Positions 38,307 to 49,224 of a stretch of 64,000 nt of DNA are shown here, one piece after another (position 1 is the stretch's first letter; each line of letters opens with the position of its first letter). The notes under the pieces were generated by a model, which saw only the letters and a program-made list of their open reading frames with translations, made no database searches and was not told where the DNA came from. Source of the stretch: Amphiscolops sp. MND2022 (lineage: Eukaryota); assembly GCA_964187785.1 (NCBI GenBank), contig OZ076409.1, forward strand, positions 45,448,001 to 45,512,000, given 5' to 3'. Both the position numbers and the translations under genes were made by a program.

Positions 38307-38814
38307 GGAGTGTACGCCTTTGATCTAAATGCCGCGGGTCTAATGGAATTAGATCTAACTTTAAGATCTAACTTTCAGATCTAATTTTATCTAAAACACT
38401 TAGGTCTAACCCTTTCATGATCTAATATGTGTTCTGAAAGCGAAAATATAATGTGGGGCATATGCGATGTATGCACGCTCGCCCTCACCGTGGCAAAGAC
38501 CAGCTCCCACTACTACGATCGCCTCGCGATCTCCGTTCCCGCTAGGTCTTTGCTCCTGTTCGGCCTCGCTTAGCAAGTTGGGAATATAAGCGGCCCCAAG
38601 GGGCCGCGGGGCACTAGAGGAAATGGGGACATATCCGAGGCACGTTTTTTACTTTATATCATTTTTTAGTTTTTGATCCTAATTGACTTATTTTTTCCCA
38701 AATTAGATCATATTAGAAGAGATTTTTAGACCTGATTATTTATATCAATTTATTTAAATCTCGGTTTTGCCCCCTCTCTTAGATCTATTTAATTAGACCT
38801 GATTCCACGTAGCT
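38307..38814. mobile_element. MITE family D (9-bp TSD, AGATCTAA/GGTCTAA subterminal repeats) nested in the hAT
   Basis: TSD TTTTCAAAC at 38298-38306 and 38815-38823. Carries the shared core in reverse orientation (~38452-38650). Its right end matches a solo end at 5264-5306. Confidence 0.75.
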
Positions 38815-39217
38815 TTTTCAAACTACCAAACTCAAACTCTAAAATCAAATCAAACTCAAACTCAAACTATTTGGGTTCAAACTTTCAAACTTCAAACCAG
38901 GTTGCTTCAAACGTTTGAAAACCCTGGGTGAGGCTGTGATCAGCTAAGTAGATGGCGTCGTCTGGGAAGCTGCTGGGCCCAAAACCTTTCGAAACAGGTT
39001 GGGTAGGAATGAAGAAATGAATTGAGATTGATTAGTTATGATCAGACTTGGTTTATGTATTTACAATTGCAATTGATGGTAGAAGTGGTTCAGCATCGGG
39101 TATATATAGCACCGCGACGGGTTCCTGTCAGTCAACAAAAAATGTGCGGTATCAAGAGTTGTATGTTGTATCGCACAAACAGGTACATCAATGTGCGACA
39201 TGAAAAGTTGTGTGTAC

Positions 39218-39568
39218 GGAGTGGCTGTAGATAGGTCGATTTTTTCTGGTCGAAAGGACAAAGGTCGAACCTTTTGATCGAATTGCAGGGATCGAATGGA
39301 ATGCGGTCGAATTTTATCGTATTTGTTGTATGGCTCGGTCGCTTCGCTCCCTTCGCCAAGTAGCAACATTGAGGCATGGCCAAATGGCACGTCGCTCCGC
39401 TTCGCTTCGCTCCTGCATTCAGGGCACTAGGGGTATGTGAACATATCTGACTACGTCATAAAAATTTCGATCCGAGTTGTTTCGATCCCATTCAAAAAAT
39501 TTGGTATGTCGACCTGAGGACTAACTCTGATTTTCGATCCCGTTCCTTCGACCTACTTCCGCCCACCC
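39218..39568. mobile_element. Complete MITE family A copy in the Copia 5' LTR
   Basis: Near-identical to MITE A at 2826/3778. TSD GTGTGTAC / GTGTGTGC (8-9 bp); the empty site is present in the other LTR. Confidence 0.9.
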
Positions 39569-39976
39569 GTGTGTGCGATGTCATCTGGCAGGTACTTGAA
39601 ACTTAGGGGTCGTGGCTCATCATTTGATCGTTCCCGCCTTGCGAGGCGGATGGCAAACCTTGACATTGGCTTAAAGTCATTTGGCTTAAAACAATTGGTC
39701 ACTTGGCTTAATTTTTTAAGGCTAAGTGTCTCGGGTATTGGTCACTTGGCGTAAAGTCATTTGACTTAAAACCACTTAGCTGTGAACACGTGGCAGATTT
39801 TGTCGAATTTATCTTTATAACGTAGCGTATTATTATAACATGTCATATCAAGACTCCTCGGATATGTCCCCATTTCATCTAGTGCCCTGCGGCCCCTTGG
39901 GGCCGCTTATATTCCCATCTTGCTAAGCGAGGTCGAACAGGAGCAAATGGTATTAAGCCAAGTGACTGGTAACCCG

Positions 39977-40325
39977 GAAAAGGACATATAAGCGGAATAA
40001 GACCTAAAAATCGGAACAACACCTAAAAAAGTGGAAATAAGACCTAAAAACGAGAATAGGACCTGAATGCGGAATGAGACCCAAGCGGAGAACGGAATAG
40101 TCTTTGAAGGAACAATATCTGAAGTTTTCTTTAATATAAAACGTGCCTGTGATATTTCCACATTTTATCTAGTGCCCCGCAACACTTTGGGGCCGCTTAT
40201 GTACCCATCTTGTTAAGCGAGGTCGAACAGGAGGAAAGACCTAGCGGGAACGGAGATCGCGAAGCCATCGTAATGGGAGCTGGTCTTTGCGACGGTGAGG
40301 GCGAGCGTGCATACACTGGATATGT
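39977..40325 (+). mobile_element. Fragment of a MITE B-related element with the complete shared core
   Basis: 40050-40325 is homologous to 4290-4565. Confidence 0.75.
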
Positions 40326-40839
40326 AATATTAGAGGACGTTTCGGCGACAAAGACGTTTCGGCGACACTTCGTCTGTATATATATCGCCGAAACGTCTGT
40401 CACCGAAACGTCCAGAATCCGTTTCTTTTTGTTACTGGTCTACTGGGATAGTGGTTGGTATGGGGTCCCTACTTTCGTTGCGGACCACGGGTGTGTCTTC
40501 TCCCCCCAACATGATAATACACATGGCACTTGATTGATGACGAAGATCCATGATATCTGAGAGGAAAAAATTTTGACATGTGTTTTAACATGCATCACCG
40601 GGTATGCACTTGTTTGTGGGAATAGTTCAATTGTGTCGAAATTCTTTATCTTCTTGTGATTGAAGGTTGGGGTGATGTCACGCTGTAAACTCGCAGAGCT
40701 TATATTGTCAGTAATGACTCCACATCGATAACTAGGAGAAACTTCAATTGCGGAACTAATTTTTAGAAAACGTCGGACCTTCCACGTCTACCTTCTTGAA
40801 AAACCTCTGTAAAAAATTGTGCGTGTGCAATCAAGAAAA

Positions 40840-40955
40840 TAGAGCTGGGTCGTTTTTCAGGCAGAGACTTTCTCTCGCAATCCAGGTAAGCAATGCGGCC
40901 AGTGTAGTTGGAACGGTTCGGGACGGAGACCACTTAAGCGAACTTTACTACTTTT
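40840..40955 (+). mobile_element. 3' tip of a CRE-like retroposon
   Basis: Translates RAGSFFRQRLSLAIQVSNAASVVGTV. Confidence 0.6.
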
Positions 40956-41239
40956 AATGTTTTAATGTCCGTTTTGTTTCATTAAGAAATATATGTCTTC
41001 TTTGCTTCGTAATCGTTACCACTTCACATGCCTCTTTGAGTTTCTGAATTGAGATTTCTCCTGGGTCCATTGAACTCTCTGGTTGCATGGTCCTTTCCTT
41101 ATTTTCTTTTATGTTTCCTATGTTGGTTGAATTTTTTGTCTGCCGCCCGGGCTGGGGGCACATGATGAATATAGAAGCGTTTTTTAAGAAACGCTGAATG
41201 ATGACGACGATCCAATTCTGATTGAGGTATTTTTAGAAA

Positions 41240-41308
41240 GCTGGGCGATGAAATTCAACCTCCTCGCATGGTGCCTAGTGGACGTCTCTGACGACAAAAA
41301 GAATTTCA
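41240..41308 (+). ncRNA. HDV-like self-cleaving ribozyme (predicted)
   Basis: P1 GCTGGGC/GCCTAGT (G1-U wobble); P2 TGAAATTC/GAATTTCA; P3 ACC/GGT; L3 TCCTCGCAT; P1.1 CC/GG; P4 CGTC/GACG; J4/2 with C at 41295. G1 is the first base after the TSD. Confidence 0.82.
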
Positions 41309-41622
41309 GGCTGGGGGGCACATACCAGGTACTAACTGGAAGAGCCTCTCCGGAACAGAGGGTAGCTGGATTAGCCGACCAGTCCACCTCTTCAAAAAGA
41401 AAACAGGCGAACCGATCGGCAACGTTTGTCAACCGAAGACATCAGAGGGTTTACAAATGTTCTGCTCTGGAAACAGACATTGAAAGCAATCCAGGGCCGG
41501 GACACACGAGCTGTAGAAGGAAACAACGAAGAGAAATAAAGAGAGAGAAGCGAAAGATTTCCTTAAAAAACCAACTAGAGGGAACAGAGATAAAAATAGC
41601 CACCTGGAATCCTTCTCGATGA
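41248..41622 (+). CDS. RTE 5' ORF with a 2A/StopGo motif and the first strand of the APE domain
   Basis: DIESNPGP at 41476-41499, then a basic linker and KIATWN. The deletion junction is at ~41611. Confidence 0.7.
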   Translation: MKFNLLAWCLVDVSDDKKNFRLGGTYQVLTGRASPEQRVAGLADQSTSSKRKQANRSATFVNRRHQRVYKCSALETDIESNPGPGHTSCRRKQRREIKREKRKISLKNQLEGTEIKIATWNPSR

Positions 41623-43316
41623 GAACCAGGCAGGTTTCAGGGCTGACCGCTCTACCGCAGACGCCACACAGATTTTCGTCAGAATAAATGAGGACATCAA
41701 ACAGTATCAAAGGTCGAGAAATGTCACAGACAACGCAGAAGCCATCTTACTGGACCTGAGGAAGGCATACCCTCGAGTAAACAAGCCGATCCTCTGGGCC
41801 CTGCTGAGAAGATACTCACTGCCACAGAAAATAATAAATAAACTAATGGACCTCCACGAGCACACGAGCTACAAGGTCAAAGGTGCGGAGGGTATGAGTA
41901 CAGCATTCTACCCAGAAAGAGGATTGAGGGAAGGGTGTGCTACCTCACCCGCACTTTTCAACATATATCACCAAGCAGCTATTCGCATAGCAGAGAGCAA
42001 GCGGGAGGAAGCTGCCAGGGAAAATGGAAAACAATGCGGGATCAGATGGTCGTATTTACCAGGAAACAGATTCCCTCCACAACGCAGAGGTCAACAAAAC
42101 TCGGATGCAAGCCAAAAAATTTTCACGCTCTCTCTCTTCGCTGATGATACAACAGTAATCGGTCACAACGATGAAGTAGAAGAGGGAAAGAGGATAGTGG
42201 AAAGATGTCTCCTCGAGTTTGAAGAACAAACGAACTTAGACAAAGAGGAGAAAATGGTTTTTGGCGACGAGAAGAACAACACAGAAATTCGAATGCTTGG
42301 AACGTGGATGGAGAACAATAATGACACAACGAAACGCATCCAAAGGGCGGGAAAGAACTGGGCTACCATCAAAAGGAGGTTCCTGAAATGTCGTCTGACC
42401 AAGCGAACACAGGCCAAAGTAGTGGAAGCCTGCATAGAGAGCACAATGCTCTTCAATGCATCGGTTCGCCCGTTCAAGCTGAAAGAGATCAAAAGGATGC
42501 AAACTTCCATGGACAAGAGATATAGATACATCTGGAGCGATAAGAATGGCCAACCTCTACGCCAGATGGAAGAGAAACACTTAAATATGGCGGACATCAG
42601 AGAACAACTGAATGTAACATCTCTCAGAACGAAGATAGATAAAGCTCACCTCCTAAGAATGGGCCACGTTCTGAGAATGAACGATGACAGGTTGGTGAAA
42701 CAGGCAGTGCTAGGATGGTACAGCAAACTAGAAGAAGAGAATAAGACGAAAAAACTCCCACACAGGAAACACCATAACATACTGGCGCAAACTTATCAAT
42801 GAAGCCGGCGAGGATCCCAAAAATATTGAACACCTGATAACCGATCGAACCAAGTGGAGAGCGCTCGTACGGAACAGAGTAAAACACCTCGAAGAATATG
42901 AGAGACAGCAAGGCCACAACCACGTAATCCAACCCGATGAAATCATCAGAGACAGAAGGGAATCGACGAAAACACCAACCGAAAACACCCTTCAATGCGA
43001 GATTTGTGACAAAGTGTGCAGAAGCAAAGCAGGCCTAGCTATACACAGGAAAAGGCTTCACGACTCGCAACAAAAAGAGACTCAATGCGAGAAATGCGGC
43101 AAGACTTTCACACAAGAAGCCACACTGAAGAACCACATGAAAAAGTGCCTCGAAACATCACAAACACTTGCCTTCAGCTCGAAAATATGTCCCGAAGAAA
43201 GGAGTCTGCCTGAGATGCGATTCCCTGATAGCGCTTACAAACATGTCAAGACACCAAGCAACGAACAAATGCAAAACCCTCAGTTTACTGAAGAAGACAA
43301 ACGGAACCGATACTGA
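41612..43316 (+). pseudogene. RTE reverse transcriptase + zinc fingers, frameshifted near 42760 and ~43160
   Basis: Open RT frame 41612-42802; CEICDKVCRSKAGLAIHRKRLH and CEKCGKTFTQEATLKNHMKKC follow downstream. Confidence 0.85.
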
Positions 43317-44029
43317 TGCCGCAAGGCGATAAAACAGAAGAAGAAGTATTTTTAGAAAATATTCCAATCTTCGAAACTTGTGCTGAAACAAATATTTTCA
43401 GATCACATGACGACTGGAGATACGCAGTTTGATTTGACGGGAACTGATAGTCCTAGGAATGTAGAGAACGAATTATCACAAACGTTAGCGGGTTTTGCTT
43501 CTGTACAAGAAAGTGCAAGCTCTGGTGCTAATCAAGGAATGGCTTCTAAGGGCGAGATGTCTTCCAGTTCAAGCAGATTAACAGAAGGCGAATCCGTGAG
43601 TGATTTGATTGATTATTTTAATCAGGAATACCAAGAAATAAATTCTGACCAAATGAGAGCAAACAAGGAATGAAAAGTTATGGGTTCAAAACAAAATCTC
43701 GGAAAAATTTGGGATGATGTCATAAGTTAGCCAATTTTCGAAGAAATCTTTTCTCTTAGAATGCTGTTGGTCAATGAAATGTTTCTATGGACGAATAACA
43801 TTGATGCCCATAATAGTAAAAACGAGGATCAATGTTTTAAACTCCATTGTGAACCTTTTCGTATTTACATGCATCTTCAAACTGTGAACATATGAAAAAG
43901 TTGAAGTCTCGTGATTTAAAATGGCTCAAACCGTAGTCTCATTACACTTGCGATAAGTGCGATCTCGTTTCAGCCGGCAAGTCTAATTTGTTGCGATAAA
44001 AGATGCTTGCTTTTCAACCATGAGGTTTC

Positions 44030-44640
44030 GTGTTCTGAGACATTCCAAAGCAGAAGGGTCCCTTTTATAGTTTTTTTCGGCACTATGAGACTTCGCCCCC
44101 CCCCTTTCGGCTTTGTGAGGCTTTTTTTCGAACGCTTTTTAATGTCCGAAAAGGGTCCCCTTCATTTTTTGAGCTTTCGCTACAGAATGGATGGTGAAAA
44201 ATCGCAACTGTCTTCCCTTCTACAGTTTTCGACATTGCGAGATATTTTAAATTAACATTTTTTGTCTTGCAATAAATTCGTCTTGAAAGATCGGCGTTTT
44301 TTATACGCGACTATTTTTCTAATTTGTTTTCATCGAAGCCCCCTCTCAATATTTACTAGAAACGAAACGTTTTGCGAGCATAAAGGACTCCTTAAGGGTT
44401 TTCGGCACTATGCGACTTACCGGTGACCTTCAAAAAAATTAGAAAAAAGTTTTTTTTGAAACATTTTCGGTTCAGAAAGATGTTTTTTGCTGTTTCCAGT
44501 TGGGAGGAATGGTTTTCGAGTCTAATGTGTATCCCTTCGGGTATTTTTTGCCGCTGTAAAATTGATGAAATTTTAGTAATAGCGTCATTTTGCATATTTA
44601 AAAAACTTTTGTTGAACCTTGAGACGGGCGCCGACTTCAA
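44030..44640 (+). mobile_element. HINE-like element (degenerate)
   Basis: Reverse complements of the internal repeats (GGGTCCCCTT, TTTTCGGCACTATG) and the subTIR GGCGCCGACT at ~44627. Confidence 0.6.
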
Positions 44641-45068
44641 ATTGAGTCAAGTAGTAGAAAAATTGTCCGACTTAATCCTTGGTTCTCTGTATGATATTGC
44701 TCATTTGGTTTTCTCTTCAAAAGTTCGCAACTTTCTTCGCAAGTGTTTGCGAAGCACGGCTTCGCCTCTGTGTAACAAGGGTCACAAAGTGTTGAAAATT
44801 TTTTTGGAGTGTTGCGATAGCATAACGTTAACTGGCCGAAATGATCGGAAAAAAGGAAATCTTTTTCTAATAGAACAGATAATAACTTTCTGGATGATTT
44901 CCTTGATTTATAAAGTTACTTGCTATATTAGTTCAAACTAATATAGCAAGTTTCGATTTTCTGGATGGTCCAATTTCCTGGTTATAATTGTTACCAAATT
45001 TTCTAGTGTCGGTTGTACGCACCCCCTGGGGGTCTAAATTTCCAGTTTGGTTAAAGCAGGTAAATGGA

Positions 45069-47346
45069 ATGGTGAAACCTAAGCCACCTTCAACCCTGCA
45101 CCCATTAGGACTGAGTAATACGTTCCTGCCAAACCACGAGAATGCTCTTGCTGCCAGTTCCGGCAATAGTTTGACTGACTCAGAAAATCGGTCGGCGCAA
45201 GAAGGCGACGCTGATGTGTGGCTTGATGACACTGCAGGCGCAACTTCATGGAACGGTACCGCGGATGCCACTTCTAGTCGAAGCGGAAGTGTTCCCGTCG
45301 ATCAAGCTGGCATGCCCATCTACAGTAACGGAGTTCATACCGAAGACCCAGCAACAGTTGTTCCAAATTATTTCGAGAGTCTTGCTTTCAGTCCTGATTA
45401 CAACTCCAGTGGAGCCTTTTCGCCCATAGACTTCAACCCCCAATCGGCACCATATCTCTCACCACAACAAGCAGCAGCGGCTGCCGCAGCTGTTGGTTTC
45501 TCTCCATTCTACAATATATCTCCCGACTACCCTTCTTGGGCACAGGGTCCAGGCACATTTGATTTCGCTCCCACGCTCACTTCGCCTGTCGATACAAACG
45601 CCAGTTTAAAATTGCTCGAGCAGAATTTTACCAACTTGTCGTTGTTCGCTCCTGCTGCAGCTGGCTCGCCATTACATGCAATCGATTTCGCAAACTACCA
45701 GGCGTTATTTCCTACCGGTAAAAACAAGTCCTATGCGAAGATTTCCGGTCAGCCGACAGCCATTGGCAGTTCTAGTAGAAACTTCCAGAAGCCTAGGCAA
45801 CAAAGATGGAACAATGGAGTGAGCTCCAATACCTTCGGTGGTCAACCTTCTTCGCATCACCGACAGAACCCGAACTCGTACTATCACCGACCACAGCACC
45901 CGCAAACTATGCCGGATATTGGTGAGTTCTTTATCTTTACGTATATTTCCTGAAAGTCATTCAGCAGACGGTAACAATGAAAGCGCCTTTTCTTAAGTAC
46001 GCTTTTCCTCGAGTTTCAAAAATAGAAACATTAGTGCTTTTTGGGAAAAAGTTCGATCTTGAGAGCTCGAAATGATTTTGTACATTAACATTACGTTTGT
46101 AAGCACAATGAGATGCTTTTGGCAGTCTTATTAAATACCCAGAAGTCATAAATGGTTTTAGCTAAAACAAAGATGAATGCTTATTATTTTCAAATCTGTG
46201 TGGAATGTCACGTTATTTGATCATAGAAAACGCTATTTGAGATACCTAATTGACGAATGTTTAGGCACCTGGGGCTACAATGAAGACTTTTCTGCTGCTA
46301 ACAAGACTATGACTAGATCTGGAAAAATCGTGCCGACTCCGAGTGAAAAGGAAAATGAAGTTTTGAGAAAACTGAAGCAAAACAACAATTATAACCCCGT
46401 AGACTTCAACTGCAGTCCGAAAGAAGCCAAGTTTTTCGTAATAAAAAGCTATAGCGAAGATGACATTCATCGCTCGATAAAGTACAAAATTTGGTGTTCT
46501 ACCGAACGGGGTAATCGGAAGCTGAATGAATGTTATGGAAGATTCCACAACAAGGGACCCATTTATCTCATGTTTAGTGTTAATGGGTCCGGACATTTTT
46601 GTGGAGTTGCTGAGATGAAATCTTTTGTCGACCTCGAAACTCAGCAAAAAGTGTGGTCTCAGAGTAAGTGGAAAGGTTCTTTTGACGTGGAATGGATTTT
46701 TGTAAAAGACGTTCCTAACTCGCAATTAAGGCACATTAGGCTGGAAAACAATGAGAACAAGCCGGTTACCAACTCACGAGACACACAAGAAATTCCATTC
46801 GAAAAGGGAAAATTGATACTCAAGGTGTTCCACAAGTATGAACACGAGACGAGTTTGTTCGACGATTTCTCGCACTATGAGAGCAGAGAGCTGGAAGCAA
46901 ATGCTGGAACGGCTGCTGGAGAAGGTGATTTGCAAAACACTCTTGGATGCAGTGCCGTAGGACTAGATAACACCTTGGTTGCATACCAACCGCTAAGCAA
47001 TGCCGCTGTTCCTGGGTCGAATGGAGAAGCCAATGCGCTGGGAGATGAAGGCACTGAAAGTAGCACTGTTTGCATAACTGGTCAAGTCAGCAACTCACTT
47101 CTCGTTCCTGCCGCCCCGCATGTCGCTGAAGGAGCTTCAGATACCAATGGTGCCATCGCCGTTGCCCCAACTTCTAATAGAGACAATATTAATCCCTCTT
47201 CGGCAACTGAGAACAGCAGAACTTTGACAAACACTTCAAATTGTTCACAGCTGAATTCCTCATCTTTCGATAACAGTTGCCCTGCGCCCCCATCTCTGAT
47301 GTCACAATCAACCAACGTGCCGTCAATAGAGTCGGTGGCGCCTTAA
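45069..47346 (+). CDS. YTHDF: YTH-domain family (YTHDF-type) m6A reader, ~644 aa; exons 45069-45921 and 46265-47346
   Basis: YTH domain [24 protein letters not shown]...[15 protein letters not shown]...VWSQSKWKG...[34 protein letters not shown] low-complexity N-terminus. Phase-1 intron GTGAGT...TTTAG. The start codon is uncertain. Confidence 0.92.
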
Positions 47347-49224
47347 TTTCCTGCCCTTTTTATTTTCCGATGTTGCATTTTTTTGTTTCGGTGCAACCAA
47401 GTCAGTTGTTTGATGCAATTGGGCTCAAATGATTGTTTGCAAATCTTTCATCACTGCTTATAGTGTTGGTTGTATGAACTCATCAATTGCGTCAAACTGA
47501 CTCTCCAATATCAGTGCGTTCTCAGTTCTTATATACTAGATAATCCACCAGAAGTGGTACCAGCTTTCAAAGCTTGTTTTACATATTACATAATTGCCGC
47601 AATGCTACCAAAATCCAGCTAATGTCCAAAGCTTTGGATCCGTACATGCTTCATTTTTTTGTGACCAAAAGAATAAAGATTTACCAAAAAACGTGTGATT
47701 AGATTTTTAGCTTCATTAGCTTGCGACAATTAAGCACAGTATTTCACAGCGAGACCTTTAATTTCCATGTTCTATAGCTATTCACTGATAACACGAGCAT
47801 CCACAACCATGGTCCAAGTAGACCATTCAAAGGAACTAAGAGTATAAAATAGCTTTTGTAAACTGTATATACTACATAAATGGGAATTGCAATTGCTGTT
47901 GTCATTTATAATTTTGTCGCAATAGCATTCTGTAAAAATATTGTTGAAAGAAGAGAAAACGTTCCCTTGTCCCAATGTATTAAGGAACATCTCAGATGCA
48001 TTTCTCTTCCTTACCCTGTTCAGTGCTTCTGGAGGAGCTTTCAGAGCAACTCTGGTCTCCCTACTTTTCTTTTGTGGAAAACTAATCAAACTCGATGAAC
48101 GGATAACTGCATGGACACAAAACGCACTTCTGGTGTGATTGTTTTTAATATTTCTGCTTTAGCAGGAATGTTATTGTAACCTCAAAGTTGGTCCTTTTTT
48201 TTTCAGTCGTCAAATTTCGTCCTACTGAATAATTCAGATATTTTGTTCGGCAGTGAGTGTAAGCGTGGGAAAGCTGCCGACAACAATTCAATTCTAGTGC
48301 GATAGAACGAGCGAGTGGTAATTATCCATTCGTATGCTGACGTCATTGAGATGAAGCGAATGAGTGTTAATTATTCGTTCGTTGAGAGCTTCGCCTGCAT
48401 TCAAATGCGAATGCGAAACTTCGTCTACGCTTAGTTATATTTTCTTTAGTCCGAGAAGAATTAAAGGCGGTGTAAACTTGTACAGTGATTAATTGTGCTC
48501 TAAGTAATGATTAAACAGGAGTGTATTGGTATTCCAGATATGATTCTTTTATTAATGATTTTTTGTTTTAAAAAAATAAAGATTAAAGCAGAAATAGTAC
48601 TGAGCCCCGGAGGGGCCTATTTTACTGAAGTTGTTTCTAACCTGTTTTTATTGAGAGTTTTGTTTCCACGGCGGTTCTGTTCCAGTCAGTCATTTATTTT
48701 TATGCTTTACAAAGTATATTTTCATACCAAACTAATTGATGAAAATACCCATTATTGCTTTTATTCAACCTTCTTGTACTACACGTTATAACATCACTTA
48801 TATTTGTTTACTAAAAGCTAACTATTCGAATCATTTCCTCATTTGCCACTTTCCACATTTCAAAAAATTCCCCTTTTCCCAGCCTTATCGGCTCTCTTAA
48901 ACTAATCTTGCTTTTTGATCATTGGGACTTATTTTGGCTCTTTTTTCTGTTTTCTCCCCCACCATCAAAATTACAAAAGTTATCAAAAGCTGAAATTTTC
49001 AAAAGTTTCTCAAACTGACTTAATTAAAATTGGAATATTTTTCTATTAAATGAAATTTAATTTCCATTTAAATAGTTTTTGGTTTGAACAAAACGTTTTC
49101 ACACATTATACATTAACTGTTTTTTTGTGACTGTTGATTTCCTAATCACGACTTCATAAGGGTAATTACTGTGAAAAACGTTTATATCTGGATCCTAAAC
49201 TATCACCCTGAAAATAAATTTTAG

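Larger units (their letters stand above)
37112..38926 (+). mobile_element. hAT DNA transposon (internally deleted) in the Copia 5' UTR
   Basis: TIRs CAGGGTTCTCAAAC / GTTTGAAAACCCTG; perfect 8-bp TSD GGTGAGGC (37104-37111, 38927-38934); CTCAAA subterminal repeats. Confidence 0.93.
33816..39665 (-). mobile_element. Copia (Ty1/copia) LTR retrotransposon, internally deleted, with nested insertions
   Basis: 320-bp LTRs (33816-34135; 38987-39665 once a 359-bp MITE+TSD is subtracted). 5-bp TSD TTGGC (33811-33815, 39666-39670). PBS GGTTTTGGGCCCAG; PPT AAAGCGGGGG. Gag CCHC knuckles, protease LIDSGC, RT MDIKTAYLN / LKRSLYGLKQ, RNase H YTDSD...AEL...TDSQS. Confidence 0.95.
33781..39976. mobile_element. 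MITE family C (GGTCAMTTGGCTTAA subterminal repeats), split by the Copia insertion
   Basis: Left end GGGGTATATGGTCAATTGGCTTAA at 33781; it continues after the Copia TSD at 39666 with TTGGCTTAA repeats; inverted right end TTAAGCCAAGTGACTGGTAACCC. Contains a truncated shared core. Its own TSD was not found. Confidence 0.6.
41240..43345 (+). mobile_element. RTE-clade non-LTR retrotransposon with both ends intact and the endonuclease deleted
   Basis: 13-bp TSD GTATTTTTAGAAA (41227-41239, 43346-43358); (GAA)n tail; GCC-GCAA-GGC 3' hairpin. RT motifs ENQAGFR..RST.D, DLRKAY, GLREGCATSPALFNIY, LFADDT, GHVLRM.DDRL, DRTKWR. C-terminal zinc fingers. Confidence 0.93.

Noticed and set aside
41217..41240. 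Hammerhead-like CTGATTGAG...GAAA just upstream of the RTE
   Set aside because: No stem II or flanking helices can be formed, and part of the motif is the TSD.
44392..44941. 172-aa and 82-aa ORFs upstream of YTHDF
   Set aside because: They lie largely within HINE-like repeat sequence and have AT-biased composition.
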